Positions 38,048 through 49,405 of a stretch of 64,000 bases of DNA are shown piece after piece (within the stretch, counting starts at the first letter, position 1; each line of letters starts with the position of its first letter). Below the pieces are notes generated by a model, which made no database searches, was not told where the DNA came from, and saw nothing but the letters and a program-made list of their open reading frames with translations. The DNA comes from an uncultured Collinsella sp. (GTDB lineage: Bacteria > Actinomycetota > Coriobacteriia > Coriobacteriales > Coriobacteriaceae). The stretch lies in NCBI GenBank assembly GCA_900540905.1, contig UQHR01000002.1, forward strand, positions 45,321 to 109,320, read 5' to 3'. Both the position numbers and the translations under genes were made by a program.

Positions 38048-38923
38048 CTAACTTTGCTGCACTCGACTGGCGGCGCGGCGGGCGCGGGCTTCTTGGATTT
38101 CCTCCAAGTGGCTAATGATCTCGGCAGCGCTTTCCTCGATGGCCTTGCCGTCGGTACGCACCACAAAGCAGCCTAGGCGCTTCATGAGGGCACGAGCTTC
38201 CTCGAGCTCGCTGCGCACGCTCTCGGGCTCGGCATAGGAGCCGGCAACGGCACGGGCGTAGTCATCGCCCAAGCGGCTATCGCGAATCTCGGAAATAACG
38301 TCGACGGTCGAAATCAGGCCAAACAAACGCATCGGGTCGACCTCGTAAATTGACTTGGGCGGCTCCATGCCATGGGCCAACGGAACATTGGCAACCTTGT
38401 AACCTTGAAAGGCCAAAAACATCGACAGCGGCGTCTTGGACGTGCGCGATACGCCCAGCAGCACGATATCGGCACCCGACAGATCGTCGCAGCCGCGCCC
38501 GTCATCGTGCTCAACGAAATACTCCATGGCCTCGATACGATGGAAATAGCGGTCATCGGTCCTGTGAATCACGCCCGCGACGCCCTTGGGCGGTACACCG
38601 ATGAGCGACGACAGCACGGCGAGCGTCGGACCGATCAGGTCGACCGAACGGATATGCAGCATGCCCAGGTAATCGAGCACGCGGGCGCGAAGCGCCGGAT
38701 CGACAATGGTGTGAAACACGGCAATATCGCGATGGTCGGCATCGACGCGCGGGCCCACAAACGACTCCACCTGCTCCACCGAGGTCACCTTGGGCAGGCG
38801 CAACAAACGAAAAGCCCCTTCATCAAATTGCCCGGACGCCGCAAGCACCACCTCACAAGCGGTATCACCGAGCGAGTCGGAGATAACGATAACGGTGGGA
38901 CGAGCGGTGACCGGGCAATCCAT
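38048..38923 (-). CDS. Pyruvate,phosphate dikinase regulatory protein (PDRP; bifunctional kinase/pyrophosphorylase, DUF299)
   Basis: P-loop GVSRTSKTPLSMFLAFQGYKVANVPL and an N-terminal VISDSLGDTA region. It lies directly downstream of ppdK. Confidence 0.85.
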   Translation of the reverse strand: MDCPVTARPTVIVISDSLGDTACEVVLAASGQFDEGAFRLLRLPKVTSVEQVESFVGPRVDADHRDIAVFHTIVDPALRARVLDYLGMLHIRSVDLIGPTLAVLSSLIGVPPKGVAGVIHRTDDRYFHRIEAMEYFVEHDDGRGCDDLSGADIVLLGVSRTSKTPLSMFLAFQGYKVANVPLAHGMEPPKSIYEVDPMRLFGLISTVDVISEIRDSRLGDDYARAVAGSYAEPESVRSELEEARALMKRLGCFVVRTDGKAIEESAAEIISHLEEIQEARARRAASRVQQS

Positions 38924-38957
38924 GCGGGGCTCCTTTTGCGCTTACGCGCAGGCAGGC

Positions 38958-41054
38958 TTACTTTTTACGAGCAAGCTCACCGATGTTGGCGATGCCGGAG
39001 AAAACGGCCTCGAAGCGGTTGAGCAGCTTAAGGCGATTATCGCGGAGCTGCTCGTCCTTGTCCATGACCATGACCTCGTCGAAGAAACGGTCGATGGGCG
39101 CGCGCAGGGCGGCGAGGGCAGCAAATGCGGCCGGATAATCCTCGGTAGCAAGGGCGGCATCGACAGCGGTCTGAGCAGCCTCGGAGGCGTCGGCGAGCGC
39201 AAGCTCGACCTCGCCCATCAGGCTGCGGTCGTACTCCACGCCCAGCTCGGGCTTGGAGATATGCGCGGCGCGAGCATAGGCGGTCGCAAGGTTGTCGAAC
39301 GTCTCGGTGTCGTTCTTGCGGGCCTCGTCGAGGGCGGCGCAGCGGGCGAAGAAGACGGACGGAGCGATGATGTGCACCGCGGAGACGGCGGCAACGGTAT
39401 CGGCCGGGATCTTTTCGTCGCGGGCCATGCTCACCAGGCGGCCATGGAAGAAGTCACGAACCTGCTGGGCGACCTCGGCGGCGTCGAACTCAATGCCCTG
39501 CTCGCCATAGAGCTCGAGGGCGAAGTCGATAAGCGACGTGGGGTCGATCGGCAGACGGTCGCGCAGGATGTTGATGATGCCGATAGCGGCACGACGCAGC
39601 GCATAGGGGTCGGAGGAGCCGGTCGGGGGCTCGCCGATGGCAAAGATACCGGCAATGGTATCGAGCTTGTCGGCACAGGCCACGATGCAGCCAGCGGTGC
39701 CCTCGGGCAGCTCGTCACCGGCAAAGCGGGGACGATAGTGATCGCGAATGGCGTGGGCGACCTCGTCGTTCTCCCCCATCGCGGTCGCGTAATAACCGCC
39801 CATCACGCCCTGCTGGCTCGTAAACTCGACGACGGCGTTAGACACCAGGTCGGCCTTGCACAGGTGCGCGGCGCGAGCAGCGTCGGCGGCCAGGTGGGCG
39901 CCCAGATGGGCCTCGCGAGCGATGGCAAGCGCGAGTTGCTCAATGCGCTCGGACTTGGCGAGCACGCTACCGAGCTTCTCCTGGAAGGCGACCTTGGCCA
40001 GACGCTCGCGGAACTCGTCGAGGGAGATCTTCAGGTCCTCCTCGTAGAAGAACTTGGCGTCGTCCAGACGGGCGCGCACGACGCGCTCGTTGCCGTCAAT
40101 CACGCGCTCGGCATTCTCGGGCTTGCTGTTGGAAACGACCACGAACTCACGCGTGAGCTTGCCCTCGCCGTCATAGATCGGGAAGTAGCGCTGGTTGGTG
40201 AGCATGGACTCGCAGATAATCTCGTGCGGGACCTTGAGAAACTCCTCATCGAAGGTACCGACGAGCACCGTCGGCCACTCGCAGAGGTTAATGACCTCCT
40301 CAAAGACCTTCTTGGGCGTATCGACATGGCAGCCGGGACGGGCAGCCTCGACCTCGGCGATACCGGCAAGGATGACCTCACGACGACGCTCGGCAGAAAG
40401 CACACCGGCGTCCTCGAGCACCTGCTCGTAAACAGCGGGGCTGGCAACCACATAGTCGCCAGGGCCAAGTACGCGATGACCGCGCGTGGTGTTGCCGCTC
40501 GTCACGTCGGCAAACGACACGGGCACAACATCCTCGCCCAAAAGGCAGCAGATCCAGCGGACCGGACGAACAAAGGTCGCATGCTCGTGACCCCAGCGCT
40601 GGCTGCGGTAGTTGGGCCACTGCAGGCCGGCGATGGTCTTCTCGCACAGAGCGGTCAGAATCGGCGTAGCCGGTGCGGAAGGAATGTTCTTCTCGGCGAA
40701 CACATACTCGCGACCGTCAGTGTCCTCGCGACGGACCAGGTCCTCGGCAGCCACACCGCACTTGCGGGCAAAGCCCTGGGCGGCCTTGGTGGCGTTACCG
40801 TCAGCGTCGAAGGCAATGTTGGCCGCGGGGCCACGCTTGACCTCGTGAACCTCATCGGTCGCGGTGGCGACGTCGGCAACGAGTGCAGCCAGACGACGCG
40901 GGCTCGAGATCACACGGACCTCGCCGTGGGCCAGACCGGCCTCATCGAGACCCTTGGCGATCATGGTGCCAAGCTGCTTGACGGCATTGTTCAGCGGCGC
41001 GGAGGGCATTTCCTCCGTACCGATCTCAAACAGGAAATCCTTAGCGTCTGCCAT
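38958..41054 (-). CDS. glyS: Glycine--tRNA ligase beta subunit
   Basis: 698 aa. MADAKDFLFEIGTEEMPSAPL... is the GlyS N-terminus. Follows glyQ with a 3-bp gap. Confidence 0.9.
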   Translation of the reverse strand: MADAKDFLFEIGTEEMPSAPLNNAVKQLGTMIAKGLDEAGLAHGEVRVISSPRRLAALVADVATATDEVHEVKRGPAANIAFDADGNATKAAQGFARKCGVAAEDLVRREDTDGREYVFAEKNIPSAPATPILTALCEKTIAGLQWPNYRSQRWGHEHATFVRPVRWICCLLGEDVVPVSFADVTSGNTTRGHRVLGPGDYVVASPAVYEQVLEDAGVLSAERRREVILAGIAEVEAARPGCHVDTPKKVFEEVINLCEWPTVLVGTFDEEFLKVPHEIICESMLTNQRYFPIYDGEGKLTREFVVVSNSKPENAERVIDGNERVVRARLDDAKFFYEEDLKISLDEFRERLAKVAFQEKLGSVLAKSERIEQLALAIAREAHLGAHLAADAARAAHLCKADLVSNAVVEFTSQQGVMGGYYATAMGENDEVAHAIRDHYRPRFAGDELPEGTAGCIVACADKLDTIAGIFAIGEPPTGSSDPYALRRAAIGIINILRDRLPIDPTSLIDFALELYGEQGIEFDAAEVAQQVRDFFHGRLVSMARDEKIPADTVAAVSAVHIIAPSVFFARCAALDEARKNDTETFDNLATAYARAAHISKPELGVEYDRSLMGEVELALADASEAAQTAVDAALATEDYPAAFAALAALRAPIDRFFDEVMVMDKDEQLRDNRLKLLNRFEAVFSGIANIGELARKK

Positions 41055-41057
41055 GGC

Positions 41058-41969
41058 TTACGCCACCTCGCCTTCCTGATCGGCATTCTCGTTGACTCCG
41101 GCGACCTCGGCCATATAGGCCTCGCAGCACGCCTTGGCGACGGCGCGGACGCGCAGGATGTAGTTGGCACGCTCGACTGCGGACAGGGCGCCGCGGGCAT
41201 CGAGCAGATTGAAAGCGTGGCTGCACTTCATGACACAGTCGTACGCCGGCAGCGGCAGCTTGCGCTCCAGGCAGGAGTGGCACTCGGCCTCGTAGTCGTC
41301 AAACTTCTGACGCATCATCTCGACGTTGGCGACCTCAAAGTTATAGGCACTGAACTCGCGCTCGTTCTCGAGGAACACGTCGCCATAGGTCATGGGCGTT
41401 CCGTCGGGCAGATAGCTCCACACCAGGTCGTAAACGGAGTTGACGCCCTGGGCATACATGGCGATACGCTCCAGGCCGTAGGTGATCTCGACGGGCACGG
41501 GGTCGACCTCGATGCCGCCCACCTGCTGGAAGTACGTAAACTGCGTGACCTCCATGCCGTTGAGCCAGACCTCCCAGCCAAGGCCCCAGGCGCCAAGGGT
41601 CGGGCTCTCCCAGTCGTCCTCGACAAAGCGGACGTCATGGTCGTTGGGGTCCAGGCCGATAGCGGCAAGAGACCCCAGGTAAAGCTCCTGGGCGTTTACC
41701 GGCGACGGCTTAATGAGCACCTGGAACTGATAGTAGTGCTGCATGCGGTTGGGGTTCTCGCCGTAGCGGCCGTCGGCGGGACGGCGGCAAGGCTGCGCAT
41801 AGCAGGTGCGCCACTCGGCGGGACCGAGCGAGCGCAGCGTGGTCGCGGTATGGAAGGTACCGGCACCGACCTCGGAGTCATAGGGCTGCATAATGACGCA
41901 GCCCTGCTCGCCCCAGTACTGCTGGAGACGCAAGATGATGTCTTGGAAGGAAAGCGATGAAGCGTTCAT
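41058..41969 (-). CDS. glyQ: Glycine--tRNA ligase alpha subunit
   Basis: [46 protein letters not shown] is highly conserved GlyQ. 303 aa. Confidence 0.93.
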   Translation of the reverse strand: MNASSLSFQDIILRLQQYWGEQGCVIMQPYDSEVGAGTFHTATTLRSLGPAEWRTCYAQPCRRPADGRYGENPNRMQHYYQFQVLIKPSPVNAQELYLGSLAAIGLDPNDHDVRFVEDDWESPTLGAWGLGWEVWLNGMEVTQFTYFQQVGGIEVDPVPVEITYGLERIAMYAQGVNSVYDLVWSYLPDGTPMTYGDVFLENEREFSAYNFEVANVEMMRQKFDDYEAECHSCLERKLPLPAYDCVMKCSHAFNLLDARGALSAVERANYILRVRAVAKACCEAYMAEVAGVNENADQEGEVA

Positions 41970-42028
41970 GCCTCTAATATCCCCTCGTCGAAACGATTAC
42001 ACGGTTAGGTACTGTACTATAGCGGTTT

Positions 42029-42598
42029 TTAGTCGATAGCGCCGATGCGGTTGAGCGGCCAGTAGCGCACAAGCGCCACAGCGATCAAATCAGAGCGATC
42101 GACGGGACCAAAGTAGCGTGAGTCGGCAGAGTTTTCGCGGTTGTCGCCCATCACCCACACGCACCCGTCGGGAACGGTGTAGGGATAGCTTACCTGAGCG
42201 CCGGGCGCTTGGACCGAAAGTGGCCAGCTCATGCCCGTCGTATAGTCCTCGTCGAGCGCTTGGCCGTCAACGACCACCTTGCCATCCTGCAGGTCGACCG
42301 TCTGGCCGGCCGTGGCAATAACACGCTTGACAAGAACATCATGCTCGGAGGTGCCATCGGGGTTGTGAAACACCACGATATCGCCCTGCTTGACGGGCTG
42401 ACCGAGCTCGAGGCTCACCTTTTGTGCCAGGATCTGGTCGCCAATCTCGATCGTGTCCTCCATAGAGCCGGTGGGCACCACAAAGGGCTCGACCACAAAG
42501 GTGCGGATCAGGAAGGTGGCCACGAGCGCGATCGCGATGACCGCGATCCACTCAAAAGCGCCCCTCAACGCGGAATGTTGCGTAGGAACCATACTCAC
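42029..42598 (-). CDS. lepB: Signal peptidase I
   Basis: N-terminal TM segment, catalytic Ser region (PTGSMEDTIEIGD) and Lys box (VMGDNRENSADSRYFGPV). Its start overlaps the trmD end. Confidence 0.88.
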   Translation of the reverse strand: MSMVPTQHSALRGAFEWIAVIAIALVATFLIRTFVVEPFVVPTGSMEDTIEIGDQILAQKVSLELGQPVKQGDIVVFHNPDGTSEHDVLVKRVIATAGQTVDLQDGKVVVDGQALDEDYTTGMSWPLSVQAPGAQVSYPYTVPDGCVWVMGDNRENSADSRYFGPVDRSDLIAVALVRYWPLNRIGAID

Positions 42599-43353
42599 TC
42601 CTCGCTCTGCGAATACGAAGCGTCAAGGATCTCCTGCGCGTAAGCGCGCTCCTCGGGCGTGAGCCGCGCCGTCTCGATCAGATCGGGACGCCAGCGGCAG
42701 GTGCGCTCGATGGCGTTCTTGCGACGCCAGGCATCGACCTTGGCGTGATCGCCGCTCACAAGCACCGGAGGCACGCCCTCGCCGTTGAACTCGGCAGGAC
42801 GGGTGTACTGCGCGTACTCGAGCAGGCCTCCATCCTCGGCGGTCGAGAACGACTCGTCGACGTTGCTCATCTCGTCACCAAGGGCGCCGGGGATGAGGCG
42901 TACGACAGCATCGGCAACGACCATAGCGGGAAGCTCGCCGCCCGTGAGCACGTAGTCGCCGATCGACAGACGCTCATCGGCATACGCATACGCGCGCTCG
43001 TCGACGCCCTCGTAGCGACTGCACACAAACAGCAGGCGCTCACTTTTGAGCAGGCGCTCGGCCACATGCTGCGTAAAAGGCTCGCCACAGGGGGTAAAGA
43101 ACACCACAGTGGGCTTGGGACCCTCTGCGCTAATGGCCTCGATGGCCTCTGCGATAGGCTCGACCTTCATGAGCATGCCCTGCCCGCCGCCGTACGGCTC
43201 GTCATCAACGGTACGATGACGGTCGTGCGTCCAGTCACGCAGGTTATAGGCCTTAAAATCAAAAAGGCCGGCCTTGCGGGCGCGGCCCAAAATCGATGTG
43301 GACATGACGGGCTCAAACATCTCGGGAAAGACCGAAAGGGTCTCAATCAGCAT
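42595..43353 (-). CDS. trmD: tRNA (guanine37-N1)-methyltransferase
   Basis: MLIETLSVFPEMFEPVMSTSILGRARKAGLFDFKAYNLRDWTHDRHRTVDDEPYGGGQGMLMK has the SPOUT/TrmD signature. Confidence 0.92.
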   Translation of the reverse strand: MLIETLSVFPEMFEPVMSTSILGRARKAGLFDFKAYNLRDWTHDRHRTVDDEPYGGGQGMLMKVEPIAEAIEAISAEGPKPTVVFFTPCGEPFTQHVAERLLKSERLLFVCSRYEGVDERAYAYADERLSIGDYVLTGGELPAMVVADAVVRLIPGALGDEMSNVDESFSTAEDGGLLEYAQYTRPAEFNGEGVPPVLVSGDHAKVDAWRRKNAIERTCRWRPDLIETARLTPEERAYAQEILDASYSQSEE

Positions 43354-43363
43354 GTTGTCCTCC

Positions 43364-43885
43364 CTACTTGTCCATATCGATCAGGCCGTCCATAACATGG
43401 ACGGAAATTGTTCCTGTGTCGGGAAGATCGAGCACAACCTGCTCGATCACGGGAATCAGTACCTCGCCGTACCGATCGCCCTCGACAACCCAAACATCGT
43501 TAGCGGGCGTCGACATGATCTCGACGATCGTGCCGAGCGAACCGAAGCGCTCGTCGACCACCTCGCGACCCATCAGGTCGGTATAGGCAGCATCGAGCGA
43601 ATCGAGCTCAAAGTCGTCACGATTTGCCAGCACGTAGCATCCCGTGATGCCCTCGGCGGCCGTCAAGTCGTCAATGCCCTCAAACGAGACCAGATCGCCA
43701 TCGCCCGTATCGGTGACGGACACGACCGTGCAAAAGCGGTCGCGCTTGAGCGCCGGCGGCGTCAGGGCGACGCGCATACCCGGCTCTAATACAGAAGGAA
43801 GCCCCCGCAGCGGCTGCGCGAGGACCTCCCCCTTCCTTCCGTGCGGCTTGACCACACGGGCGATGTTTTTGTACTGGGACCTCAA
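43364..43885 (-). CDS. rimM: Ribosome maturation factor RimM
   Basis: ARVVKPHGRKGEV N-terminal motif plus a PRC barrel C-domain. Conserved position between the KH protein and trmD. Confidence 0.88.
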   Translation of the reverse strand: MRSQYKNIARVVKPHGRKGEVLAQPLRGLPSVLEPGMRVALTPPALKRDRFCTVVSVTDTGDGDLVSFEGIDDLTAAEGITGCYVLANRDDFELDSLDAAYTDLMGREVVDERFGSLGTIVEIMSTPANDVWVVEGDRYGEVLIPVIEQVVLDLPDTGTISVHVMDGLIDMDK

Positions 43886-43889
43886 GGTC

Positions 43890-44174
43890 CTAGCCCAGAA
43901 CCTCTACCTCGACAGCAGTGTCGAGGCGAGCGGCCAGTGCACGGGCGAGCGTGCGAATGGCCTTGATGGTACGGCCACGACGGCCGATGACCTTAGCGAC
44001 GTCATCCTCGGCGACCGAAACCTCAATCGTAGAGGCGTCGTCACCATCGATGACCTCAAGGCTCACGGAATCCGGGTCGTCGACGATCTGAACAACGAGA
44101 TATTCGACGAGATCGGCGATGCGATCTGAGAGCATTGCCTCACCCTCGAGCTGTGCAGCGTCAACCTCAGGCAC
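43890..44174 (-). CDS. KH-domain RNA-binding protein (UPF0109/YlqC family)
   Basis: 94 aa with VIGRRGRTIKAIRTLARAL (GxxG KH motif). Conserved between rpsP and rimM. Confidence 0.8.
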   Translation of the reverse strand: MPEVDAAQLEGEAMLSDRIADLVEYLVVQIVDDPDSVSLEVIDGDDASTIEVSVAEDDVAKVIGRRGRTIKAIRTLARALAARLDTAVEVEVLG

Positions 44175-44177
44175 GAT

Positions 44178-44519
44178 TTACTCCTCGGCGCCCTCAGCGG
44201 CCTCAGCGGCAGCCTTAGCGGCCTCGGCCTCTTTGGCGAGCCGCTTCTTGGACTTCTTGACGACGGTCTCGGTCTTCTCGCCCTCGTTGGCGGCCTTGAC
44301 CAGAGCGGCGACGGCGTCGGTGAGCTGAGCGCCCTTGGACTGCCAGTCGGCGATCTTCTCGAGGTCGAGGTTGATGGTCTTGGGGGCGGTCATCGGGTTG
44401 TAGCGGCCAACCTCCTCGATGATACGACCGTCACGCGGGGCGCGGGAATCGGCGACGACGACACGGTAGTACGGACGCTTCTTAGCGCCGTGACGAGCAA
44501 GGCGAATCTTGACTGCCAA
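44178..44519 (-). CDS. rpsP: 30S ribosomal protein S16 (with C-terminal Ala/Glu/Lys-rich extension)
   Basis: [44 protein letters not shown] start at 44519 with RBS ggagga 7 nt upstream. The longer frame in the ORF track is an overcall. Confidence 0.9.
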   Translation of the reverse strand: MAVKIRLARHGAKKRPYYRVVVADSRAPRDGRIIEEVGRYNPMTAPKTINLDLEKIADWQSKGAQLTDAVAALVKAANEGEKTETVVKKSKKRLAKEAEAAKAAAEAAEGAEE

Positions 44520-44647
44520 AGGAAACTCCTCCAACCAAGCAGCTTTAGGCTGCAACTACAAACAAACAGTTGAACATAATACGCCATCGACGCGGGCAGG
44601 TGAAGTCCGTGAGACCAACTTCTTCGGTGTAGTCGAGGGCAAATCCA

Positions 44648-44675
44648 TATCTTAGACAAGAATTCGGGATTTGCA
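44648..44675 (-). promoter_or_regulatory. Sigma-70-type promoter for the rpsP-KH-rimM-trmD-lepB operon
   Basis: Minus-strand TTGCAA (44670-44675), 16-bp spacer, TAAGAT (44648-44653). Leader of about 120 nt. Confidence 0.55.
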
Positions 44676-44759
44676 AGCACATACACGCACCCCACATGAG
44701 CTGTGCGGTATACTCATGACATGGAAAGACGCGAACATACATACGGTTATGAGGATGCC

Positions 44760-45974
44760 ATGGGCGTCACGCCGCCTCCCTGGACGGGTCCGGCGGTGGG
44801 CCTCATGGACCTCGATGCGTTTTTTGCGAGCGTGGAGATGCTCGACCATCCCGAATGGCGCGGAAAACCGCTCATCGTGGGCGGAGACGCCGATTCGCGT
44901 GGCGTCGTGTCCACGTGTTCATATGAGGCACGTCGCTTTGGCGTGCACTCCGCCATGCCCTCGGCCGAGGCACGGCGTCTGTGTCCTCAGGCCATTTGGA
45001 CACACGGGCACTTCGACCGCTACCGCGAGGTGAGCGCGCAGGTCATGGCGATTCTCGCCGACGAGACCCCGCGCGTCGAGCGCGTATCCATCGACGAAGC
45101 CTTTATCGATATCACACCGGGTCGCTTTGCGCCCGAAGACCCGCTGCTGGTTGCGCGGCGTATAAGCGACCGCGTGGCAGCGCTGGGAGTGACCTGCTCC
45201 ATTGGCGTGGGCTGCAACAAGACGGTCGCAAAGATCGCAAGCGAGCGGGATAAGCCGTTTGGGATGACCATCGTGCGCCCCGGGACGGAACAGCGCTTTT
45301 TGGCCGCGCTACCAGTGTCTGCCATGAGCGGCATCGGGCGCTCGGCCGAGGAGCGACTGCGCCGCATGCGCATCTACACCCTCGGCGAGCTATCACGTGC
45401 ACCGGAATCCACCTTGGCCTCTATTTTTGGCGTCAACGGCGAACGCATGCGCCAGCGTGCACTGGGACTCGAAATCTCCGAAGTCACGAGTCTCGATGAA
45501 GAGCGCGAGGTCAAGTCGGTCAGCAATGAACGCACCTTTGCTAAAGATTTGACTGAGCGTGGGGATATTGAGGCGGCGATTGCGCTGCTGGGCGAGTCAG
45601 TGGGACGCCGTCTGCGCCGTCAGGGACTAACAGGCGCCACGGTAACGCTCAAGCTTAAGTATTCGTATGGAAACGGTCGCTCGGCACAGCGCCGGCTGCC
45701 TCATCCGACCGACGATGAGAACATCTTCGTGGCGGTTGCACTCGAACTGCTCGGCAACATCTGGCAGGAAGGAATGCACGTTCGCTTAGCAGGCATCGGC
45801 ATGAGCGACTTTGACCATCGGGGCGGCATCCAGACCGACCTGTTCTGCGAAGTCGACGACCGTGGAGCCCAATCCAGCGACCGCCGCGACCTCTCCGTCG
45901 CCATCGACGCCGTCCGAGACAAATTCGGCGACACCGCCCTATCCTTCGGCCGCCAATCCCGCTTCAACGATTAG
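44760..45974 (+). CDS. dinB: DNA polymerase IV (Y-family)
   Basis: MDLDAFFASVEMLDHPEWRGKPLIVGG...VVSTCSYEARRFGVHSAMP. Start set at MGVTPPPW (44760). The ORF-track start at 44703 is probably too far upstream. Confidence 0.88.
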   Translation: MGVTPPPWTGPAVGLMDLDAFFASVEMLDHPEWRGKPLIVGGDADSRGVVSTCSYEARRFGVHSAMPSAEARRLCPQAIWTHGHFDRYREVSAQVMAILADETPRVERVSIDEAFIDITPGRFAPEDPLLVARRISDRVAALGVTCSIGVGCNKTVAKIASERDKPFGMTIVRPGTEQRFLAALPVSAMSGIGRSAEERLRRMRIYTLGELSRAPESTLASIFGVNGERMRQRALGLEISEVTSLDEEREVKSVSNERTFAKDLTERGDIEAAIALLGESVGRRLRRQGLTGATVTLKLKYSYGNGRSAQRRLPHPTDDENIFVAVALELLGNIWQEGMHVRLAGIGMSDFDHRGGIQTDLFCEVDDRGAQSSDRRDLSVAIDAVRDKFGDTALSFGRQSRFND

Positions 45975-45980
45975 TCCCTG

Positions 45981-46027
45981 ACGCAAAAAGAAAGCCGGGT
46001 AGCTGCGGAAAACCGCAACTGCCCGGC
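45981..46027 (-). terminator. Terminator downstream of rsfS (end of the nadD-yqeK-rsfS operon); it faces the dinB 3' end
   Basis: 15-bp stem gccgggtagctgcgg/ccgcaactgcccggc (one mismatch, one G-U) with loop aaaa. Followed by uuucuuuuugcg on the minus-strand RNA. Confidence 0.6.
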
Positions 46028-46068
46028 GATATGCGTGAGGGTAGCTAAACCCCGTCTCAAATGAGCTA

Positions 46069-46524
46069 CTAGAGGAGATTGAGGGGGAGCTGGGGGGCGT
46101 CTCCCCAGAGTTTCTCGAGGCGGTAGAAGTCGCGGGCTTCGGGAGTGAAGACGTGGACGACAACCGAACCGTAGTCCATGAGCATCCAAGTCTTCTGCTC
46201 GCGGCCCTCGATGGAGAACGGATGCTCGCCGCAAGCCTCGGCGACCTTCTCCTCGATCTCGTCGACAATTGAATCGACCTGGCGGTTGTTGGTACCGGTG
46301 GCAAGCACAAAGTAGTCGCATACGTCGGAAAGCTCGGTCAGGTCGAGCACCTGAACGTCCTCGCCCTTCTTGTCGTAGGCGGCCTGCGCGGCGGCGCGGG
46401 CGACATCCTCGGCGGCGACACCGCTCGCAGACAGCGAGGCGGCAGTGCGGTCGGACGTGGCGACGAAGCTCTTGTGCTCCACACCTTCAAGAATCTGCTC
46501 GTCGGTCATGGTCTCGTCGGCCAT
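46069..46524 (-). CDS. rsfS: Ribosome silencing factor RsfS (Iojap)
   Basis: VLDLTELSDVCDYFVLATGTNNRQVDSIVDEIEEKV...KTWMLMDYGSVVVHVFTPEARDFYRLEKLW. Confidence 0.9.
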   Translation of the reverse strand: MADETMTDEQILEGVEHKSFVATSDRTAASLSASGVAAEDVARAAAQAAYDKKGEDVQVLDLTELSDVCDYFVLATGTNNRQVDSIVDEIEEKVAEACGEHPFSIEGREQKTWMLMDYGSVVVHVFTPEARDFYRLEKLWGDAPQLPLNLL

Positions 46525-46551
46525 GGAATACCTCTTTCTAGACAGCCCGAG

Positions 46552-47160
46552 CTAGCGCAGCTGGGCGTAATGGTTGTAAATCGAAATAGCCGTGGGATAA
46601 AGATAGCGCCCGGACTGGATCACATAGACCAGACCCTGCGCAAAACAGGAGAAGAACAACTCGTCGAGCGTCGACTCCCCCACCATCTTGCGCAGCGCAT
46701 GTGCATAGTCGCCGTGGCGGTTGGGCTCGATGGCATCGGCCACAAAGACCACCATATCGAGCGGCGTCATGTCGCAGGCACCCACGGTGTGACGGTCGAC
46801 AGCCTGGAAAACGGCCGGCGACAGCTCGGGAAAAAGCTGCGGAAGCTCATAGGCGGCAACAGGGCCATGCAAAAGCGGCGTCGCGGCGGAAGGAGAGCCG
46901 GCAATCTTAATGCCGTAATGCAGAGCGCGCGTGACCAGCTCGTCGTCGGAGAGCACTTTGTCCCAGTCATGGATCAGACCGGCGGCAGCGGCATCAAAGC
47001 GGTCGACGCCGTAGACCTCGGCCAGATGAAGTGCGGTCTCGGCAACACCCAGCGAATGCACATAGCGCTTGCGCTTATCCTTCATGCGAACATCGAGCAG
47101 CTCTTGAATGCGCTTGAGCAGCGCGCGCTCATCGCCCTCAAACTGATCCTCTACCGACAA
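46552..47160 (-). CDS. yqeK: HD-domain bis(5'-nucleosyl)-tetraphosphatase YqeK
   Basis: HD motif region KRYVHSLGVAETALHLA...AGLIHDWDK. Conserved nadD-yqeK-rsfS arrangement. Confidence 0.8.
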   Translation of the reverse strand: MSVEDQFEGDERALLKRIQELLDVRMKDKRKRYVHSLGVAETALHLAEVYGVDRFDAAAAGLIHDWDKVLSDDELVTRALHYGIKIAGSPSAATPLLHGPVAAYELPQLFPELSPAVFQAVDRHTVGACDMTPLDMVVFVADAIEPNRHGDYAHALRKMVGESTLDELFFSCFAQGLVYVIQSGRYLYPTAISIYNHYAQLR

Positions 47161-47172
47161 CGTAGACCCCCA

Positions 47173-47850
47173 TCACTCAAAATCTTCTTGGCCCAAATCG
47201 GCATATAGCCTGCGTTTGCGAATGTAGCCGAGCACGGACTCGCTCGTAAGATAGCGCACGCTCATACCGCGGGCAACACGCTTGCGAATGTTCGTCGAGC
47301 TGATCGCCAGCGCCGGAATCTGAATATAGCGCACGTCGAACGGCAGCCCCGACTCTTTGATTCGGGCACGCGCCGTATCGATATCAAAGCCCGGTCGCGT
47401 CGCCGCAATAAAGGTAGCAAGCTCAGCAATTCGTTCGGCATCATGCCAGGTCACAATATCGATAATCGCGTCGGCGCCCGTAATAAAGTAGAGCTTTACC
47501 TGCGGCGGGTAAAAGTCGCGAAGGGCATGAAGCGTATCGGCCGTATAGGTTACGCCCGGACGGTCGATCTCGAACCGGCTCGCCAAAAAGGCCGGGTTCG
47601 CGGCGGTGGCGAGGACCGTCATGGCATAACGGTCCTCGGCAGGCGTCACCGGCTTGTCAAGCTTAAAGGCAGGAGAGCCCGCCGGCATAAAGAGCACAGC
47701 GTCCAAGTCGAGCGACTCGCGTGCCTGCTCGGCAGTCACCAAGTGCCCGTAATGAATCGGGTCGAATGTGCCGCCCATAATGCCGAGCCTAAACTCCTGC
47801 CCGTCCTCTAGAGGAAGCTCGGGCAGACCGATTCCACCGCGCAGCGACAT
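47173..47850 (-). CDS. nadD: Nicotinate-nucleotide adenylyltransferase
   Basis: (H/T)xGH motif GIMGGTFDPIHYGHL. The ATG at 47850 lies next to the obg stop. Confidence 0.88.
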   Translation of the reverse strand: MSLRGGIGLPELPLEDGQEFRLGIMGGTFDPIHYGHLVTAEQARESLDLDAVLFMPAGSPAFKLDKPVTPAEDRYAMTVLATAANPAFLASRFEIDRPGVTYTADTLHALRDFYPPQVKLYFITGADAIIDIVTWHDAERIAELATFIAATRPGFDIDTARARIKESGLPFDVRYIQIPALAISSTNIRKRVARGMSVRYLTSESVLGYIRKRRLYADLGQEDFE

Positions 47851-47853
47851 GGC

Positions 47854-49332
<1,479 letters not shown>

Positions 49333-49405
49333 CTACAAAAAAGAGGGAGACCCTTGAATCCTAAAACTCAAGTGCCTCCCACATATGTGCTCTATGAAGG
49401 GTGAA

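Noticed and set aside
41970-42028. T-box leader expected upstream of glyQS
   Set aside because: The glyQ-lepB intergenic region is only 59 bp, far too short for a T-box riboswitch. glyQS is more likely co-transcribed with upstream genes.
44676-44760. Possible LexA/SOS box upstream of dinB (CGAACATACATACGG)
   Set aside because: Only the first half-site (CGAAC) matches the Gram-positive/actinobacterial consensus. The second half is not palindromic (ATACG versus GTTCG), which is too weak to call.
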